From assembly GCA_036785375.1 (NCBI GenBank), contig JAWMAR010000388.1, positions 1,984,001 to 2,048,000 of the forward strand: a DNA stretch of 64,000 bases, written 5' to 3'. A program made the position numbers and the translations under genes. Below are positions 37,610 to 49,842 of this stretch, piece after piece (the first letter of the stretch is position 1; every line of letters begins with the position of its first letter). The stretch comes from Leucoraja ocellata (lineage: Eukaryota). The notes below the pieces were generated by a model that searched no databases, was not told the DNA's origin, and was given only the letters and a program-made list of their open reading frames with translations.

Positions 37610-38760
37610 AAACTACCTGCGCTACATGAACGACTGCATCGGTGCCACCTCCTGCACCAATGCAGCACTCACTGACCATTAATGTCACAACAAAATTTAC
37701 ATCCTGCACTGAAATTCACTTGGACCATCCCCGACATCTCCATGCCGTTTCCAGATCTGACCGTCACCATCACAGGAGACAGGCTATCGACTGACATCTA
37801 TGACAAACCCACTGACTCTCATTGCTATCTAGATTCTTCCCAGCGTGTTTCCTGTCAAGACTCTCTGCCTACTCCCAATTCCTCCTCCTACGCCGCATCT
37901 GCGCCCATGATGAAGTGTTCCATACCAGGTCATCCGAGATGTCCTCATTCTTCAGGGAATGGGGATCCCCTCTTCCATTATAGATGAGGCTCTCACTAGG
38001 ATCTTGTCAACATCCTGCAGCTCCGTGCTTGCTCTCCCTCCCCCCATTCGTAACAAGGACAGATTCCTCCTTGTCCTCGGCTTCCACCCCATCAGCTGCC
38101 GCATATAGCACATAATCCTCCGACATTTTCGCCATCTCCAACAGGATCCCACTACTAGCCATTTCCACCCCTTTCTGCTTTCCGCAGAGACAGCTCCCAT
38201 CGCAAATCCTTGGCCAACTCCTCCCTTCCCACCCAGGTACTTTCCCCTGCAACACCTGTCCCTATACCTCCCCATCAACTCCATCCAAGGACCCCAACAG
38301 TTTTGTCAGGTGAGGCAGAAGTTCACTCACCTCCTTCAACCTCATCTACTGTATCCGCTGTTCCAGGTGTGGATTCTTCTATATCGGCGAGACCAAGCGT
38401 AGGTTCGGCGATCATTTTGTAGAACATCTCTGCTCAGTCCACCTAAACCTACTTGACCTCCCGGATGCCCAGCACGTTAACTAACCCTCCCATACCCACA
38501 CTGACGTTTCTGTCCTGGGCCTCCTCCATTGTCTGTGCAAATTGGAGGAACCGTACTTCATATGTTGCTCGGACAGCTTACACCCCAGCGGTATGAACAT
38601 TGACTTCTCTAACATCAAGCAGCTCTTGCTTTTCCTCTCTGGCCATTCCCTTCCCCTTCCCAGTTCTCCCACCGGTCTTGCTGGCTCCAACTACATTTTA
38701 ACTCTGTACCGCCCACTCCCCTGACATCAGTCTGAAGAAGCCCGAAACGTCACCCATTCA
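37610..38760 (+). mobile_element. Penelope-like element relic (RT thumb + GIY-YIG endonuclease + terminal repeat start)
   Basis: LHPALKFTW..DLTV..TDIYDKPTDSH; LIYCIRCSRCGFFYIGETKRRFGDHFVEH from 38341; ends agtctgaagaagcccgaaacgtcaccc. Confidence 0.9.
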
Positions 38761-39329
38761 AGGCCCGTACGAAGCTTTTCAAAAAAGGGGGGTGGCATGA
38801 CAGGATTACAAAAACTTACTGTGAAATAAGCCGGGCCATGGAAGCTCAGGGGTTTTAGATGCTCTCTGGTGCATTCTGAGCCTTATTTTGGAGCTTTTTT
38901 TTGCACCAAATTAATGACCAATATTTCAGAAATTAACAGATCAGAGAGGTAGCTTTTCCACATGAAGGGTGCTGGGTGTATGTAACGAGCTGCCAGAGGA
39001 GGTAGTTAAGGATGGGACTATCCTAATGTTTAAGAGACATTTGGACATGTACATGGATAGGACAGATTTAGATGGATATGGGCCAAACGCGTGTGATTGG
39101 GACTAGTTTAGATGGGACATGTTGGTCGGTGTGGGCAAGTTGGGCTGAAGGGCCTGTTTCCACACTGCATCATTCTATGACTAAAAAGTAAAGAAGAAAA
39201 ATGTAGATAAGTAGAGCAGATTTGAAAGAGGAATGAAATGTAAAGGCAGAGAGGTTTATGGGTGGAAAGGAACATAGGAAAGGAGGGGGGAGAGTGGGTT
39301 TGGGCAGATGGGTGAAGGGAAATTAGTCA

Positions 39330-39548
39330 ATGAGTGCTGGAGTAACTCAGTGGGTCTGGCAGCATCTCTGGAGAACAGGGATAGGTGACATGTCACAGAG
39401 TGCTGGAGTAACTCAGCGGGTCTGGCAGCATCTCTGGAGAACATGGATAGGTGACATGCCACAGAGTGCTGTTGTAACTCAGTGGGCCAGGCAGCATCTC
39501 TGGAGAAAAGGTATGGATTATATTTCGGGTCAAGACCGTTCTTCAGTA
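39330..39548 (-). repeat. 66-bp tandem triplication of the Penelope-terminal-repeat-like unit
   Basis: gagtgctggagtaactcag..cagcatctctggaga at 39332, 39398, 39464; ctgaagaacggtcttgacccgaaa on reverse strand. Confidence 0.8.
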
Positions 39549-39734
39549 ATATTCATGATGTGGCATGCACAGACATTCCTGAATGTTACCCAAACTATCG
39601 TGAGCTACTTTGTTACGGTGCTTGCCCTCTCCTATAACGACTCTACTGCCTTGGGTGATGCAGGACAGGACACAAGCTTTGGGACATGGTGTGAAGCTGT
39701 TGCCGTCTGTCCCAGCTGGGTAAAAACCTGGATG

Positions 39735-40960
39735 GCGTTGATGTGGAGAGGATGCTTCCACTAGTGGGAGAGTCTAGGACTAGTGGCCACAGCCTCAGAA
39801 TTAAAATACTTTACTTTAGGAAGTTGATGAGCAGGAATGTCTTAAGTCAGAGGGTGGGGAACTGTCGAATTCATTGCCACAGACAGCTGTGGAGGTCAAG
39901 TCAATGGACATTTTTCAGGAGGAGATTGATAGATTCTTGATGGATACGGCTGTCGGAGGTAATGGGGAGAAGGCAGGAGAATGGGTTTGAGAGGGAAAGA
40001 TAGATAGAGTCATAGAGTGATACAGTGTGGAAACAGCCCCTTCGGCCCAGCATGTCCCATCTGCACTAGTCCCACCTGCCCACGTTTGATCCATATCCCT
40101 CCGAACCTGTCCTATCCATGTACCTGTCTAACTGTTTCTTAAATGTTGCGATAGTCCCTGCCTCCACTACCTCCTCTGGCAGCTTGTTCCATACCCCTAC
40201 CACCCTTTGTGTGAAAAACATACCCCATAGATTCCTATTAAATCTTTTGCCCTTCACCTTAAACTTATGTCCTCTGCTCCTCGATTCACCTACTCTGGGC
40301 AAAAGACTCAACCATATCTATTCAAATCATGATTTTATGCACCTCTATTTGATCATCCCTCATCCTCCTGTGCTCCATGAAATAGAGTCCCAGCCTACTC
40401 AACCTCTCCCTATAGCTTTGGCCCTCTCGTCCTGGCAACATCCTCGTAAATCTTCACTGTACTCTTTCCAGTTTGATGACATCTTTCCTATAACTTGGTG
40501 CCCAGAACTGAATACAATACTCTGAATGCGGCCTCACCAACTTCTTATGCAACTGCAACATGACCTCCCAACTTCTATACTCAGCCTGACCCGCTGAGTT
40601 ACTCCAGCACTCTGTGACACGACACGGAACAGGGCAAGATTAGCAAGTTTGCTGATGATACAGAAGTGAGTGGTTTTGCAGACAGTGAAGATGGTTGTGA
40701 AAGATTGCAGCAGGATCTGGATCAATTAGCCAGGTGGGCAGAGGAATGGTTGATGGTTGCATGGTTCCTTGAAGGCCGTGTCGCAGGTATATCAGGTGGT
40801 TAAAAAGTATTTTGGCACTTTGGCCTTCATCAGTCAGAGTATTGAGTATAGAAGTTGAGAGGTCATGTAGCAGTTGTATAAGACGTTGGTGAGACCGCAT
40901 TTAGAATATTGTGTTCAGTTCTGGGCACCATTATAGGTAAGATGTCAAACTGAAAAGAGT
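39735..40960. mobile_element. Mosaic of CR1 3' fragments in both orientations
   Basis: [42 protein letters not shown] pieces. Confidence 0.75.
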
Positions 40961-40964
40961 ACAG

Positions 40965-42010
40965 AGATCCCCATCCTGGATCAGTCCAATCAGGGTTGCG
41001 TCATCCGCAAACTTGAGAAGCTTGACAGAGGTGTCTGTGGTGGTGCAATCGTTGGTGTGGCGAGAGTAGAGGAGAGGGGAGAGTACGCATCTTGCGGTGC
41101 TCCTATGCTGAGCGTTTGTGGGTGATATGCTTTCCCGCCTCACATGCTGCTTCCTGTCTGTCAGAAAGCTGGTGATCCACCGACAGAGGGGTTCAGGCAC
41201 AGTCAACTCAGAAAGTTTGGAGCGTAGTAGCTCTGGCACAATGGTATTGAATGCAGAGCTAAAATCAAAAAACAAAATCCTCACATAGGTCCCCTGGCGG
41301 TCTAGGTGCTGGAGGATGAAGTGCAGGCCCAGATTGACTGCGTCATCCACAGATCTATTGGCCCAATATGCAAAATGCAGAGTTTCCAGCAGAGGGATTG
41401 TGATATTTTTCAGCTTGGCCAGCACAAGCCTTTCAACGGTCTTCATGACTACAGAGGTCAGTGCGACTAGCCTGTAGTCATTAAGACCAGTAATCCTTAC
41501 CTTTTTGTGTACAGGGACAATAGTGGAGACTTTGAAGCAAGCAGGGACAGTACATCTTTGCAGGGACTGGTTAAGAATGAGTAATTGGAGTGGGGTGGGT
41601 GTAGAAGGGCCCAGTCTTTGCAGCCTGAGGTCAGGCTGTGAGTGTGTGTGTGAGATGTTGGTTGGGGTGGGAAAGAGTCCACACTTTTCATACTGGAGCC
41701 TTGCCTTAAGTAGGTGTGAAGTGGTGAATGGGAAGGAGAGGGTGCAGGGTCCATTCTTTACAGACTGGGGTCTGGCTGTGTTGTTGGGCAGGGGGTACCA
41801 GGGTTACGTTTCTAACTTTCAAACCTGCAATAAAATTCATTCAGGTCGTTCGTCAGCTGACGATTGTCCAAAGAGCGGGGGGGGGCTTTCTTCTTATATT
41901 CTTCTATGCCCTTCCAAACTGAAGAAGAGTCATTAGCTGAGAACTTGCTCCTCAACTTCTCAGAGTATCTTTCCTTGGCAGCTCTGATTCCTCTTCTCAG
42001 CTCTTTATCG
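40965..42010 (-). mobile_element. Rex1/Babar RT fragments
   Basis: [39 protein letters not shown]. Confidence 0.85.
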
Positions 42011-42377
42011 ATTAGGCTATCTTTTAACTCTTTAACGATTAGGCTATCGGCATGACGCATATTTGCCCCCAACCCCCCCGATCTCGAAATTGAAATGTTA
42101 CATCTGTATATAATGATCCCATTAAAATGTATATTTATGTCACAAACTATGGAATTCATATTTTTCAATATTGTTATCAAGGAAAGGAAAGCAGTTCCAA
42201 TTGTTTGATATTATTTGATATTGTTTAATATTATTCATATGGAGGAGAAAATATAATAGCTCTAAAGCCTACTTTAATTTATCAAAGATAATCCCACTGT
42301 CCCTCTCCGCTCCCTTCCCCTCTCTCTCTCCCCCCTCTGTCTGGCGGGGGTGGCGTGGGTCCAGCGGGGGTGGCGTG

Positions 42378-42830
42378 TAAAATGTAGTAAACATTGCCCA
42401 GTCCATCATCGGCTCTGACCTTCCTTCCATCGAGGGGATTTATCGCAGTCGCTGCCTCAAAAAGGCTGGCAGTATCATCAAAGACCCACACCATCCTGGC
42501 CACACACTCATCTCCCTGCTACCTTCAGGTAGAAGGTACAGGAGCTTGAAGACTACAACAACCAAGTTCAGGAATAGCTACTTCCCCACAGCCATCAGGC
42601 TATTAAACCTGGCTCGGACAAAACTCTGATTATTAATAACCCATTTTCTGTTATTTGCACTTTATCAGTTTATTTATTCATGTGTGTATATATTTATATT
42701 ATGGTATATGTACACACTGATCTGTTTTGTAGTAAATGCCTACTATGTTCTGTGTGCTGAAGCAAAGCAAGAATTTCATTGTCCTATACAGGGACACATG
42801 ACAATAAATGCACTTGAACTTGAACTTGAA
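42378..42830 (+). mobile_element. Rex1-type 3' end
   Basis: DPHHPGHTLISLLPSGRRYRS..FFP; tail gaatttcattgtc..atgacaataaa(cttgaa)n. Confidence 0.8.
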
Positions 42831-44542
42831 CTGTTGGGACTGAAGGCAGATAAATCCGCAGGGCCTGATGGTCTGCATCCCAGAGTACTCAAGCAGGTGG
42901 CCCTAGAAATTGTGAATGCATTGGTGATCATTTTCCAATATTCTCCCGACTGGATCCATTCCTGTGTACTGGAGGGTAGCCGTTGTAACTCCACTTTTTA
43001 AGAAAGGAGGGAGAGAGAAAACGGGGAATTATAGACGTTAGCCTGACATCAGTAGTGGGGAAGATGCTGGAGTCGATTATTAAAGATGTTATAGCAGCGC
43101 ATTTGGAAAGCAGTGACAGGATTGGTCAAAGTCTGCATGGATTTATGAAGGGAGATCATGCTTGACTAATCTGGAATTTTTTGAGGATGTAGAATGGATA
43201 AGAGAGAGCCAGTGGGTGTGGAGTATCTGGGCTTCCAAAAAACCTTTGACAAGGTCCCACGCAAGAGATTAGTGTGCAAAATTAGATCACATGGTAATGG
43301 GGGAAGGGTATTGACCTGGATAGAGAACTGGTTGGCAGACAGGAAGCAAAGAGTAGGAAAAAAACGGGTCCTTTTCAGAATGCCAGGCAGTGACAAACGG
43401 TGCTGGGAACCCAGTTATTTACAATATTTATTAACGATTTAGACGAGGGAATTAAATGTGTAATTTCCAAGTTAAGTCTATGGATGACACAAAGCTGGGT
43501 GGCAGTGGGAGCTGCGGTGAGGATGTTATGAGGCTGCAAGGTGACTTAAAATAAGACAGATGCATGGCAGATGCAGTATAATGTGGATACATGTGAGGTT
43601 ATCCACTTTATTGGCAAGAACAGGAAGGCAGTTTATTATCTGAATGGTGTCAGATTTGGAAAAGGGGAGGTGCAACGAGACCTGGGTGTGTTTGTACATC
43701 AGTCACTGAAAGTAAGCATACAGGTACAGCAGGCAGTGAAGAAAGCGGATGGCATGTTGGCCTTCATTGCATGCCATTCAATCTAATGGCATGTTGGGAT
43801 TTGAGTTTCGGAGCAAGGAGGTCCTTCTGGCAGTTGTACAGGGCCCAGGTGAGACCACACCTGGAGTATTGTGTGCAATTTTGGTCTCCAAATTTCAGGA
43901 AGGACATTCTTGCTATTGAGGGAGTGCAGCATAGGTTCACCAGGATAATTCCCGGGATGGCGGGACTGAGAGGCTAGATGCAGGAACAATGTTCCCGACG
44001 TTGGGGGAGTCCAGAACCAGGGGTCACAGTTTAAGAATAAGGGATAGGCCATGTAGGACTGAGATGAGGATAAAAAATTCACCCAGAGAGTTGTGAATCT
44101 GTGGAATTCTCTGCCACAGAAGGCAGCGGAGGCCAATTCTCTGGATCTTTTCAAGAGGGAGTAATGCCCCTGTTCCACTTAGGAAACCTGAACGGAAACC
44201 TCTGGAGACTTTGCGCCCCACCCAAGGTTTCCGTTCAGTTCCCGGAGGTTGCAGGTGGTTACCGGAGGTTCCAGGTAGTGGAAGCAGGTAGGGAGACTGA
44301 CAAAAACCTCCGGGAACCGCACGGAAACCTTGGGTGGGGCACAAAGTCTCCAGAGGTTTCCGTTCAGGTTTCCTAAGTGGGACATTTAGCTCTTAAAACC
44401 TATGGAATCAAGGGATATGGGGAAAAAGAAGGAACGGGGTACTGAATTAAAATGATCAGCCATGATTATGTTGAATGGTCCCTGTTCGAAGGGCCGAATG
44501 ACCTACTCCTGCACATATTTTTCTATGTTTCTATGTTTCTAA
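42830..44542 (+). mobile_element. Degenerate CR1 RT to 3' end with nested MITE
   Basis: [36 protein letters not shown], ttctatgt tail. Confidence 0.85.
44165..44383. mobile_element. Palindromic MITE (possibly Harbinger-type)
   Basis: ccacttaggaaacctgaacggaaacctctggagactttg mirrored by caaagtctccagaggtttccgttcaggtttcctaagtgg. Confidence 0.75.
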
Positions 44543-44649
44543 CACATGACGCGTCAAATATCAAGAATGTATAATTTTCATAAGTGCCGAGAGCGGTACA
44601 ATTAAATTCTTACTTGGCCTGGACGTACATGGCAGTGGATCGTGCTTGA

Positions 44650-44984
44650 NNNNNNNNNNNNNNNNNNNNNNNNNNNNNNNNNNNNNNNNNNNNNNNNNNN
44701 NNNNNNNNNNNNNNNNNNNNNNNNNNNNNNNNNNNNNNNNNNNNNNNNNNNNNNNNNNNNNNNNNNNNNNNNNNNNNNNNNNNNNNNNNNNNNNNNNNNN
44801 NNNNNNNNNNNNNNNNNNNNNNNNNNNNNNNNNNNNNNNNNNNNNNNNNNNNNNNNNNNNNNNNNNNNNNNNNNNNNNNNNNNNNNNNNNNNNNNNNNNN
44901 NNNNNNNNNNNNNNNNNNNNNNNNNNNNNNNNNNNNNNNNNNNNNNNNNNNNNNNNNNNNNNNNNNNNNNNNNNNNNNNNNNNN
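44650..44984. other. Assembly gap
   Basis: Run of N; further gaps at 46444-46575, 58549-59212 and 60393-60852. Confidence 1.
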
Positions 44985-46254
44985 CTACAGTGGAGGTGTG
45001 GAAAGCACTCGATTCCTCCATTGACCTCGCTTGCTTAGACATTTCTTCAAGTGGAGATTCAAGTGGACAGCAAAATATTCTGGTGAATCTGTAATATAAA
45101 TGCACCATTTTATTTGAACAAGATATGATAAAATAGACTCCCTCTGAGAATCCAGTTGATTTGCGCCAACTGCCAATATTGTTAAAACATATAATCGCCG
45201 TCGAGAATGATATCTTCATTGCCTTGTTTGTGTTGATCTAAAAATGGCTGGAAACAGAGATGAGCTGATTTAAATAAACAGTGATTTCAACAGCCCCAGA
45301 CCCAGGTTCGTTTACTGAAGGACAGAAACAGAAGCAATGTTTCCCCAGAGGCGGAAAACAGATAAAGTGAGAAAGAAATGCAAATCTCTGAACAGATTAC
45401 ACCAGAGACATTTATTTTAAATTGTCAATGTTCTCTCCTGTAAAAATAAAGTTGAAGTGCATATGGATGATGTTAGTCAATAATATTTCTACAAAGCTAG
45501 GTTTACTGAGAACATGTATCATATCCATTTATTTACCAACAATGGCTGGGATCAATAACATTCTCTGCATACATATGAATGTCACACGTGACAAATTCAC
45601 AGATGCATAGAAAATACAATGATAAATTAAAATTCAAGTCATAGAAGAATACTATGTTGGAGCGCAGGAAACTTTAATTGCCCGTATGCACCTTAAATTT
45701 TCGACACTCCTCGTGTTTTCCTCACAAATCATTGAACTACTGTTTCTATTTATCTCCTCAGATAACTCTAGTGGATTTTTCTTCAGATATCTCTATTAGA
45801 TTTTTCGACACCATCCGCTCTACCAGTGCAGTTTGAATCATTGAAATATTATCCAACAAATATGCTCATTGGTTGATTAGTTAGAACGTGCCTTCATTCA
45901 ACTTTGCTCTTTGGAACCAGCATCTGAAAATCAACACTACATGAATCATCCCTAATGCCGATCATTTCTCCAATCACTCCACAGATCTACAATTCCCCTC
46001 CTGCAATATGCCATCTATTAATTTCCTTCCAATCTCTTAATGACATTTTAATAGAGCCTTGTGTTTGCTTTGTATCAATTTCCTCTACTGCCTTTTATGT
46101 AACCAATCTCGATATTGACATTTTATCTGTACGGCTGTATGGTGACCACACATTTCACTGTATCAACTGGGACATGTGACAAATAAATGTATCTTGATAT
46201 TGGAATGGACAGTCCCAATATTGTTCGAAGGGCTCATATTGATAACTGCGAATG

Positions 46255-46440
46255 TGTAGGAAAGAACTGCAGATGCTGCTTTAAAATCGAAGCTAGACAC
46301 AAAATGCTGGAGTAACTCAGCGGGACAGGCAGCATCTCTGGAGGTCTGAAGAAGGGTCTCGACCCAAAACATCAAACATTCCTTCTCTCCAGAGATGCTG
46401 CCTGTCCCGCTAAGTTTCTCCAGCATTATGTGTCTACCTA
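46255..46440. repeat. Fold-back Penelope-terminal-repeat-like copy with central hammerhead-like motif
   Basis: gctggagtaactcagcgggacaggcagcatctctggag / ctgaagaagggtctcgaccc / ctccagagatgctgcctgtcccgct..ctccagc. Confidence 0.75.
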
Positions 46441-46771
46441 ACANNNNNNNNNNNNNNNNNNNNNNNNNNNNNNNNNNNNNNNNNNNNNNNNNNNNNNNNN
46501 NNNNNNNNNNNNNNNNNNNNNNNNNNNNNNNNNNNNNNNNNNNNNNNNNNNNNNNNNNNNNNNNNNNNNNNNNNNTTTTTGCTCACCTCTCCTCTCTCTC
46601 CCTCTCACACACGCAAGCACACACCCAGAAACATTTTAATATACATTTGAGGAATTCCGAACATATTTTATGAAACAACTGCACTATGAAACCAATCTTG
46701 AAACCATCTTATTTAGAACTATACCATGAGTTTTAAACGTGCTTTTCCGCCCCTTACACAATATCAACTTT

Positions 46772-48693
46772 ATAGAAACATAGAAAATAGGTGCAGGAGT
46801 AGGCCATTCAGCCCTTCGAGCCTGCACCGCCATTCAATATCATGGCTGATCATCCAACTCAGTATCCTGTAACTGCCTTCTCTCCATACCCCCTGATACC
46901 TTTAGCCACAAGGGCCACATCTAACTCCCTCTTAAATGTAGCCAATGAACTGGCCTCAACTACCTTCTGTGGCAGAGAATTCAGAGACTCACCACTCTCT
47001 GTGTGAAAAATGTTTTCCTCATCTCGGTCCTAAAAGATTTCCCCCTTATCCTTAAACTGTGACCCCTTGTTCTGGACTTCCCCAACATCAGGAACAATCT
47101 TCCTGCATCTAGCCTGTCCAACCCCTTAAGAATCTTGTAAGTTTCTATAAGATCCCCCCTCAATCTTCTAAATTCTAGCGAGTACAAGCCGAGTCTATCC
47201 AGTCTTTCTTCATATGAGTCCTGACATCCCAGGAATCAGTCTGTAAACCTTCTCTGTACTCCCTCTATGGCAAGAATGTCTTTCCTCAGATTAGGAGACC
47301 AACACTGTATGCAATACTCCAGGTGTGGTCTCACCAAGACCCTGTACAACTGCAGTAGAACCTCCCTGCTCCTATACTCAAATCCTTTTGCTATATATTG
47401 CTTATATTTTGCTTATATTGTGTAAGGGGCAGAAAAGCGATATAGTTGGGGTCACGGAGACATGGCTCCAGGGTGACCAAGGCTGGGAGCTGAACATCCA
47501 GGGATATTCAATATTCAGGAGGGATAGACAGAAAGGAAAAGTAGGTGGGGTAGCGTTGCTGGTTAGAGAGGAGATTAACGCAATGGAAAGGAAGGACATT
47601 AGCTTGGAGGATGTAGAATCGGTATGGGTAGAGCTGCGAAACACTAAGGGGCAGAAAACGCTAGTGGGAGTTGTGTACAGGCTATCTAACAGTAGTAGTG
47701 GAGTTGGGAATGGCATCAAACAGGAAATTAGAAATGCGTGCAACAAAGGTAAAACAGTTATAATGGGTGACTTCAATCTACATATAGATTGGGTAAATCA
47801 AATTGGCAGGGGTGCTGAGGAAGAGGATTTCTTGGAATGTATGTGGGATAGTTTTCTAAACCAACATGTAGAGGAACCAACGAGAGAGCAGGCTATTCTA
47901 GACTGGGTATTGAGTAATGAGGAAGGGTTAGTTAGCAGTCTTGTTGTGCGTGGCCCCTTGGGCAAGAGTGACCATAATATGGTTGAGTTCTTCATTAGGA
48001 GAGTGACATGATTAATTCAGAAACAAGGGTTCTGAACTTAAAGAAAGGTAACTTTGAGGGTGTGATTTGTGTATAGGAACAGTGAGGTTCTACTGCAGTT
48101 GTAGTGCAGGGTCTGGTAAGACCACACCTGGAGTATTGCGTACAGTTTTGGTCTCCTAATCTGAGGAAAGACATTCTTGCCATAGAGGGAGTACAGAGAA
48201 GGTTCACCAGACTGATTCCTGGGATGTCAGGACTTTCATATGAAGAAAGACTGGATAGACTCGGCTTGTACTCGCTAGAAATTTAGAAGATTGAGGAGGG
48301 ATCTTATAGAAACTTATAAAATTCTTAAGGGGTTGGACAGGCTAGATGCAGGAAGATTGTTCCCGATATTTGGGAAGTCCAGTACAAGGGGTCTCAGTTT
48401 AATGATAAGGGAGAAATCTTCTAGGACCGAGATGAAAAAAAACATTTTTCACACAGAGAGTGGTGAATCTCTGGAATTATCTGCCACAAAAGGTAGTTGA
48501 GGCCAGTTCATTGGCTATATTTAAGAGGCAGTTAGATGTGGCCCTTGTGGCTAAAGATGTTAAGGGGTATGGAGAGAAGGCAGGTACGGGATACTGAGTT
48601 GGATGATCAGCCATGATCATATTGAATGGTGGTGCAGGCTCGAAGGGCCGAATGGCCTACTCCTGCACCTATTTTCTATGTGTCTATGTGTCT
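46772..48693. mobile_element. Composite CR1: two inverted ~620-bp 3' ends flanking an APE segment
   Basis: 46772-47394 (minus) and 48064-48693 (plus) cover the same CR1 interval; 47436-48061 encodes ETWL..GDFN..SDH. Confidence 0.9.
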
Positions 48694-48739
48694 AATAGAT
48701 GTGATAGCGTGAGTCCATGTTGCTGTTGAGTTGGGGGCC

Positions 48740-48820
48740 GTGTTTCAGCTCCGCCCGCTGCACCACTCGGTTTACAAGTCCCGCCCACAGCCGCGCCCTC
48801 TTTTGCCGGGTATTTAATTC
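48740..48820 (+). promoter_or_regulatory. Putative VH promoter (GC boxes + TATA-like box)
   Basis: CCGCCC near 48751 and 48781; TATTTAA at 48811-48817, ~100 bp before the leader ATG; no octamer seen. Confidence 0.55.
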
Positions 48821-48909
48821 TCTCTAAGAGGGGCCGAAATCCAACTTCCTTGCAGTTGGTTTGTTGCGAGGTTCTGTACAGAAACAACAGGGTCACACTT
48901 CCCAGCGGG

Positions 48910-48955
48910 ATGATGTCGGCGGTTTCACTGAGTTTGTTCCTGGCGTTAATAGTCC
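48910..48955 (+). CDS. IGHV: IgH leader exon
   Basis: MMSAVSLSLFLALIV + phase-1 GTGAG donor; splices in frame to (R)VHS-DIVLTQ. Confidence 0.9.
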
Positions 48956-49128
48956 GTGAGTGATGTTGGACAAATTCCCCACGCAAGTTTCCCAGTGATG
49001 TATCCACTACACCATTCCCCTTCTACCCACTCTAGAACCGTCCCAATTATTTCCTCTTGATAATTAGAGTCGGGGATCAATGGTCAATATTTTATCCTCG
49101 CCATTCATGCCTTGTTTTTAACTTGCAG

Positions 49129-49448
49129 GTGTCCATTCCGATATCGTTCTAACCCAGCCCAAGACAGAGACGGCCACTCCTGGAGGCTCCATCACACTGA
49201 CCTGTAAAGTCAGCGGGTTCAGTGTTGACAGCTACTGGATGGCTTTGGTCCGTCAGGTCCCCGGGCAGGGGCTGGAGTGGCTGCTTACCTACCACGTGCC
49301 TTCCACCAAGTACTTCGCTCCGGGGATAGAGAGCCGATTTACTCCGTCCAAAGACAATACGAATGATATCTTCATCGTGACGGCCAGCAGCCTGAAGATC
49401 GAAGACACCGCTGTCTATTACTGTGCGAGATACAGTGGGTCTGGAAGG
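49129..49448 (+). CDS. IGHV: VH exon pre-joined to D-derived sequence (germline-joined VD/VDD)
   Basis: ttgcAG acceptor; [68 protein letters not shown] followed directly by an RSS. Confidence 0.95.
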
Positions 49449-49476
49449 CACAGCGGTTCCTACCAATACAAAAACA
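49449..49476 (+). promoter_or_regulatory. Recombination signal sequence, 12-bp spacer
   Basis: CACAGCG (49449-49455) + gttcctaccaat + ACAAAAACA (49468-49476). Confidence 0.93.
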
Positions 49477-49803
49477 TCCACAACCCATAATACGGTGGTC
49501 TGGGCCAGTATATGATATTTTCAATTCAATATTTCATACAACAAGAGCATAAACATGTTCAGGGATATTTTCGCACATTTTGTTGTGTAGGTAACATGAA
49601 GTAATTTGTATTTTATATGTAGATAATTCTCATCACATTTCACTGGCCTGTTTAATACACGGAGCCGTGGTATCTGATTATTGTTGGAAATGATTTATTT
49701 AACGCATTCATTATTTTCAAAGAACAACAAGTCATTCGCCTTCGATGTGAAATACGAATAATTACAGGAATGCTGTTATTTTTTGCCTACCTTGTGCAGA
49801 TCA

Positions 49804-49842
49804 TGTTATTGTGTGAGGAAGCCCATAGAATGTAACACTGTG
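49804..49842 (-). promoter_or_regulatory. JH recombination signal sequence, 23-bp spacer
   Basis: TGTTATTGT (49804-49812) + 23 bp + CACTGTG (49836-49842). Confidence 0.93.

Noticed and set aside
39330-39548. CRISPR-like repeat array (also 31441-31562)
   Set aside because: Eukaryotic context, no unique spacers, no cas genes; simple tandem duplications.
44602-45219. Long ORFs spanning N runs (also 58394-59410 and 60364-60864)
   Set aside because: Artefacts of translating assembly gaps.
45378-45385. Isolated octamer ATGCAAAT (another at 19883-19890)
   Set aside because: Single 8-mers are expected by chance in AT-rich DNA; 3.5 kb from the leader with no supporting context.
49477-49803. Possible hidden D segment between VD and J
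   Set aside because: No heptamer/nonamer pair seen on either strand.
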